NCBI GenBank assembly: GCA_965541585.1
Contig: CBEUCH010000005.1
Span: forward strand, 1 to 64,000
Reading direction: 5' to 3'
DNA: 64,000 nucleotides
From: an uncultured bacterium
GTDB taxonomy: Bacteria > Zixibacteria > MSB-5A5 > UBA10806
A program made the translations under genes and the position numbers. Under the pieces are notes generated by a model. That model saw nothing but the letters and a program-made list of their open reading frames with translations, did not search any database and was not told where the DNA came from. Positions 60,097 through 64,000 of this stretch are shown one piece after another. Within the stretch, counting starts at the first letter, position 1. Each line of letters opens with the position of its first letter.

Positions 60097-61230
60097 CTAC
60101 AAGCTGAGATCGTCCGGTTGCTTATTGCTTTCCTCGAATTCCGTCCAGCCTCTGTCGGATGCTGAGGTTATGCCCTTGACTCTGAGATCGAAATCGTCCG
60201 GATTAGAACACTGGACCATAGCTTCTTCGTAACTGATAAATCCTGAGCGATAGAGTTTCATAATAGACTGGTCGAAACTCTGCATGCCATACTGGATGTT
60301 CCCCGATTCTATCAAATCGAGTATCATTGACGTCTTCTCAGGGTCAATGATAGCCTCCCGTATGGAGCCAGTTGAGATCAGAGCTTCCACTGCCGGCACG
60401 CGCCCGGGGCCGTCGCAACGTGGAAGAAGCCGCTGACAGACGATTGCTTTCAGCGTACCTGCCAGAAGCAAACGGATTTGCTGATGCTGATGCGGTGGGA
60501 AAAAAGAGATAATCCTCGATATCGTCTCCACCGCATTTAGCGTGTGCAGAGTAGTGAGAACGAGGTGCCCTGTATCGGCCGCGGTCAGGGCAATATTCAT
60601 CGTATCGGCGTCCCGTATCTCGCCCACGAGAATAATATCCGGATCCTGCCTGAAAGCGTGCCGCAGGGCGGCCGAGAAATTCTCGGTATCGCCTCCCACC
60701 TCTCTCTGTGAGATAATCGATTTCTTATCGCGATATATATATTCGATGGGATCTTCAATGGTGAGAATATTCTCCGACCGCGAGCTGTTGATATGTTCCA
60801 CTATGGAGGCTAAGGTTGTCGATTTACCGGAGCCGGTGGTGCCCGTAACGATGACGAGGCCGCGCTTGTTGGCGGCAATCTCTTTCACAACGCCCGGCAG
60901 GTTCAACTCCTCGAAACTCGGTACCTTTGTATTCACCTGCCGAATGGCTATTCCTATGGTGCCACGCTGCTTATAGAGGTTGATCCTGAAGCGTCCCATC
61001 TTGGAGATGGAGAGGGCCAGATCCATTTCACGCTTCTTATGAAAACGTTCTTTTTGCTCATCATTGAGAATCTGGGAAAGAATCTTATCTATATCGTCGT
61101 GGACCAGAACCTGATCATCGAGCGCAACAAGGCTGCCGTCGACTCTTACAATTGGGCGTATTCCCACCCGTACATGCAAATCCGAGGCACGCCGGCTTAG
61201 CATCTCCTGCATCATCTGTTTGAAAGTCAT
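60097..61230 (-). CDS. PilT/PilU-family type IV pilus retraction ATPase
   Basis: ASDLH, GTTGSGKSTT, TIEDPIE, RQDPD.ILVGEIRD, TGHLV..TLH, GMQSFDQ. Confidence 0.92.
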   Translation of the reverse strand: MTFKQMMQEMLSRRASDLHVRVGIRPIVRVDGSLVALDDQVLVHDDIDKILSQILNDEQKERFHKKREMDLALSISKMGRFRINLYKQRGTIGIAIRQVNTKVPSFEELNLPGVVKEIAANKRGLVIVTGTTGSGKSTTLASIVEHINSSRSENILTIEDPIEYIYRDKKSIISQREVGGDTENFSAALRHAFRQDPDIILVGEIRDADTMNIALTAADTGHLVLTTLHTLNAVETISRIISFFPPHQHQQIRLLLAGTLKAIVCQRLLPRCDGPGRVPAVEALISTGSIREAIIDPEKTSMILDLIESGNIQYGMQSFDQSIMKLYRSGFISYEEAMVQCSNPDDFDLRVKGITSASDRGWTEFEESNKQPDDLSL

Positions 61231-61335
61231 AAATCACACCTCACAGGATATAATCCATATCAATATCACAAACGCCCGTTTTCTACAGGCATCAATGACT
61301 ATATCGACAGCTTAAATTGGAGATTGAGCGTACGG

Positions 61336-61806
61336 TCAGGCCGGCTCAACCAAAAACAGCGCCTGGCCGAACTGAACCGGTTTGGCATTCTCCACAAGAA
61401 CTTCTACGACTCGACCGGAGGTATCCGATTCAATCTCATTCATGAGCTTCATGGCCTCAATAATGCACACCACCTGCCCGCTTTTAATGGTCTGGCCGAC
61501 TTCAACATACGGCCTGGCATCCGGTGCAGGTGATATATAGAATGTGCCGACCATGGGGGATTTTATCTCGATCAGCTCAGTCCTCGAAATCGGCTGTTCA
61601 GGAGCTTCGGAGGAGACTTCGATCTGCTTAGTTTTTTCCCGCCGTGATAATTGTTCGATATCAGGCCCCGGATTGCCCTTATGATTGCCGTTGAGATCGA
61701 CTTTTTTGCGGATGCAGACTTTTCGCCCCCAGCTCCAGACTTCGAGTTCGTCTATGTTCGATTCCTCTACGAGCTTGATCAGCATCCTTATTTTCGATGG
61801 TCTCAT
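61336..61806 (-). CDS. accB: Biotin carboxyl carrier protein
   Basis: SPMVGTFY, EAMKLMNEI biotinylation motif. Confidence 0.96.
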   Translation of the reverse strand: MRPSKIRMLIKLVEESNIDELEVWSWGRKVCIRKKVDLNGNHKGNPGPDIEQLSRREKTKQIEVSSEAPEQPISRTELIEIKSPMVGTFYISPAPDARPYVEVGQTIKSGQVVCIIEAMKLMNEIESDTSGRVVEVLVENAKPVQFGQALFLVEPA

Positions 61807-61841
61807 CTTACTTTCCCCCGTTTGATCCGGACCAGGTCAAC

Positions 61842-62912
61842 TCAGAGCTCCAGAAGATCCTTCGGCGATTTGCTCAATATCTGACCTCCTGAGGCGGTAA
61901 TCAATACATCGTCCTCGATCCGGACGCCACCCCAGTTAGGAATATATATTCCAGGCTCTATGGTCACAACCATGCCTTCCCTGAGAATATCTGTCGACCT
62001 GGGATTTAACGTCGGGCGATCGTGGACGATCATCCCGATGCCATGCCCGAGGCCGTGCCCAAAATTATCTCCGTAACCATCTTTCATAATAATCTCCCGG
62101 GCGACACCATCCAGACGGCTACAGGCCAAGCCCGGCCTGGCCGCTTTACATGCCTTTTTCTGCGCGGTGAGAACGATACCGTATATTTTTTTCTGCCTCG
62201 CCGTCGCCCTCCCCAGCACCACCGTTCTGGTGACATCAGACGCGTAACCCTGGTATACGGCGCCGAAATCGAGCGTGACAAAATCCCCCTTGCGTAGTTT
62301 TTTGTTCGAGGCCCTCCCATGAGGCATCGATGAGCGCTGCCCCGAGGCGACTATGAAATCGAACGCGCCTGCGTCGGCGCCATGGGACCGCATACTGTAC
62401 TCCAATTCGAGCGCAATATCCTTTTCTTTAATCCCGGGCTTCACATATTTTAGAGTCTCCGAAAAAGCCTGATCGGCGATACGCACCGCCTTTCTTATCT
62501 TCCTTATCTCCTCGCTGTCCTTCGCCACGGTCAAGGATTCAATAAGGTTTTCCGTAGGCTTGAAGTCAGCTTTGGGCAATAGTTCTTTCAGTTGCTCATG
62601 GAGTTTCAAGGACACGAATGCCGCCTCGACTCCCACCCTGATCTTCTTTGAGAAAACAGGCAGCCTGGGCAATTCGGAGGTTAGCTCGCGATCCGCGATA
62701 ATCACCTGACAATCTTTGACTTCTTTCTGAGCCTGTACCAGATACCTGAAATCAGTTAAAAAATACGCCTTCGGGGGAGCCAGGATGACCATACCGTTGG
62801 AGCCGGAGAATCCCGAAAGATAACGAACGTGGTTAATCTCGGTTACCAAAAGGCAATCGATCTTGTTCTTTTTTAGCAGGCCGAAAGCCTGCCGTATCCT
62901 CCGGTCAGTCAT
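61842..62912 (-). CDS. Xaa-Pro aminopeptidase (M24B)
   Basis: TDFRY, PHG, DFGA...GY.SD.TRT, HGLGHGIG, TIEPGIY, GVRIEDD. Confidence 0.94.
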   Translation of the reverse strand: MTDRRIRQAFGLLKKNKIDCLLVTEINHVRYLSGFSGSNGMVILAPPKAYFLTDFRYLVQAQKEVKDCQVIIADRELTSELPRLPVFSKKIRVGVEAAFVSLKLHEQLKELLPKADFKPTENLIESLTVAKDSEEIRKIRKAVRIADQAFSETLKYVKPGIKEKDIALELEYSMRSHGADAGAFDFIVASGQRSSMPHGRASNKKLRKGDFVTLDFGAVYQGYASDVTRTVVLGRATARQKKIYGIVLTAQKKACKAARPGLACSRLDGVAREIIMKDGYGDNFGHGLGHGIGMIVHDRPTLNPRSTDILREGMVVTIEPGIYIPNWGGVRIEDDVLITASGGQILSKSPKDLLEL

Positions 62913-63477
62913 TTTTATTGAGCCTTTTATTCAACTCCTCGATTCTTCTCTTGAGATCCATATTCTGAGGATCCTTTTCGAGCAAATCGTAGTAAATCTT
63001 CAAAGCCTTATTGTAATAGCCCTGCTCGGCACAGATCTCTGCAAACGTCATCGTATCGAAATCAATTCGTTGTTCGGATGATGCCGCTGGTTCCACCGCA
63101 TTGAAGGCGGTCACTTTTTCTCCAGCCGCATTGCCATCGAAATCGATCTCGCTCAAACCGGGGAAAAGACTCTCCGCCTGCAAACGCCCGTAGTCAGCCC
63201 TGGTGATATCTTGCTTTTGTCTGTGAATCTGCCCTAACAAAATCCAGCCATTGATATGTTCCGGATCACTGGCCAGGAGCCTGTCTATCAACTGGGCGGC
63301 TTTATCAAGATCGCCGAGCTGAAAGGCCAGACCCGCAGCCACCATATAGAGATCGTCCTCATACAGGCCCTGGCGAATCGCCTGCAAAGCTTGATCTAAA
63401 GCCTCCTGAAGCATACCATTTTTTGCGATCTGGTCGACATCGTAGGCTATCGATGCCTTTTTTTCGTTATTCTCCAT
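62905..63477 (-). CDS. TPR-containing protein
   Basis: N-terminal TPR pair; C-terminal T.TFAEI..EQG....AL.IY..LL..DP. Confidence 0.8.
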   Translation of the reverse strand: MENNEKKASIAYDVDQIAKNGMLQEALDQALQAIRQGLYEDDLYMVAAGLAFQLGDLDKAAQLIDRLLASDPEHINGWILLGQIHRQKQDITRADYGRLQAESLFPGLSEIDFDGNAAGEKVTAFNAVEPAASSEQRIDFDTMTFAEICAEQGYYNKALKIYYDLLEKDPQNMDLKRRIEELNKRLNKND

Positions 63478-63683
63478 ACTCTCCGATAGCTGCCATTTCC
63501 AGCATTATGATGCAAGGGATTCGACTCCCTCAAACCGTCTATCTAGCGCATCCAAAAGGGGCGGAAATCGCTTTCAGCCCCAGATGATAATCATAAGTGT
63601 TAGAGTTCCCCGATGTCAACTCATTTATCGGTGCTCGCGACAACCTGTTACCCCAAAATACATTACGACGTCCCCGCAGCCGC

Positions 63684-64000
63684 TTACCTCCTCCTTGATA
63701 ACAGATTATCAACAATTCTGCTGGTCGATTTGCCCCGCGTCAGCTGTATTGTTTTTACTATTCCTCCCCAGGATTGTACTTCCGTTGCTCCAACAATCTC
63801 CGAGATCTTATAATCGGCACCCTTAACGAGAATATCGGGGCGGATTTTCCTTATTAGCCGGATAGGTGTATCATCGCCGAAACCGACCACCAGATCGACT
63901 GGAACCAGATATGAAAGCAAAAGCGCTCTCTCTTTGAATTTCAGAACGGGTCGACCTCTTCCTTTCAGGCGTCGTACAGATTCGTCGAAATTGAGGCCGA
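63684..64000 (-). CDS. rfaE2: D-glycero-beta-D-manno-heptose 1-phosphate adenylyltransferase (RfaE domain II), 5' end outside window
   Basis: GLNFDESVRRLKG..RP, F.DDTP..LI..IRPD.LVKGADY, G.STS.I. Confidence 0.9.
   Translation of the reverse strand, partial: GLNFDESVRRLKGRGRPVLKFKERALLLSYLVPVDLVVGFGDDTPIRLIRKIRPDILVKGADYKISEIVGATEVQSWGGIVKTIQLTRGKSTSRIVDNLLSRRR

Noticed and set aside
63509..63581. tmRNA/tRNA-like pieces (GGGGCTGAAA, GGATTCGAC)
   Set aside because: The two motifs are on opposite strands; no cloverleaf, CCA end or tag ORF
63585..63600. Fur box ATGATAATCAT
   Set aside because: Only one good half-site, and no iron-related gene downstream
1..64000. CRISPR arrays, IS elements, prophage or defence systems
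   Set aside because: No spaced direct repeats, transposase, phage or defence domains recognised by eye

Overview
64 kb of core chromosome from a diderm bacterium; gene content and order suggest the FCB superphylum, possibly Zixibacteria-like (inference only). About 60 CDSs, all but two on the minus strand, plus two tRNAs (Val-CAC, Ile2-CAT). Housekeeping blocks: purB/purS/purQ interleaved with psd-pssA; fur-feoB; guaB; rplM-rpsI-rpsB-tsf-pyrH-frr-uppS-cdsA; pyrR-pyrB-pyrC; accB/accC; gcvH-gcvPA-gcvPB. The centre (about 14-41 kb) is an envelope region: an orphan ECF sigma factor behind a sigma54-type promoter, a GAF-GAF-PP2C phosphatase, two GWxTD proteins, a Yip1-TolC-MacA-ABC-2xFtsX exporter, a K+-dependent membrane pyrophosphatase, a TPR-membrane protein-ExbB-ExbD-ExbD-TonB-TonB cluster with no receptor, and a YbhGFSR-like exporter. 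Main hypothesis (inference): four envelope units carry matching ECF-type promoters (GGAAT/GAAAC-N16/17-CGTWW), suggesting a sigma54 -> ECF -> envelope regulon. Also notable: a CTG-started DtxR-FeoA fusion with a degenerate HTH next to an 8-Cys peptide, a non-canonical pyrR attenuator, a His-less TonB paralogue, leaderless genes, a ybjQ pseudogene and a thioredoxin-TPR lipoprotein inside the gcvP operon. I saw no CRISPR array, integrase, transposase or rRNA.
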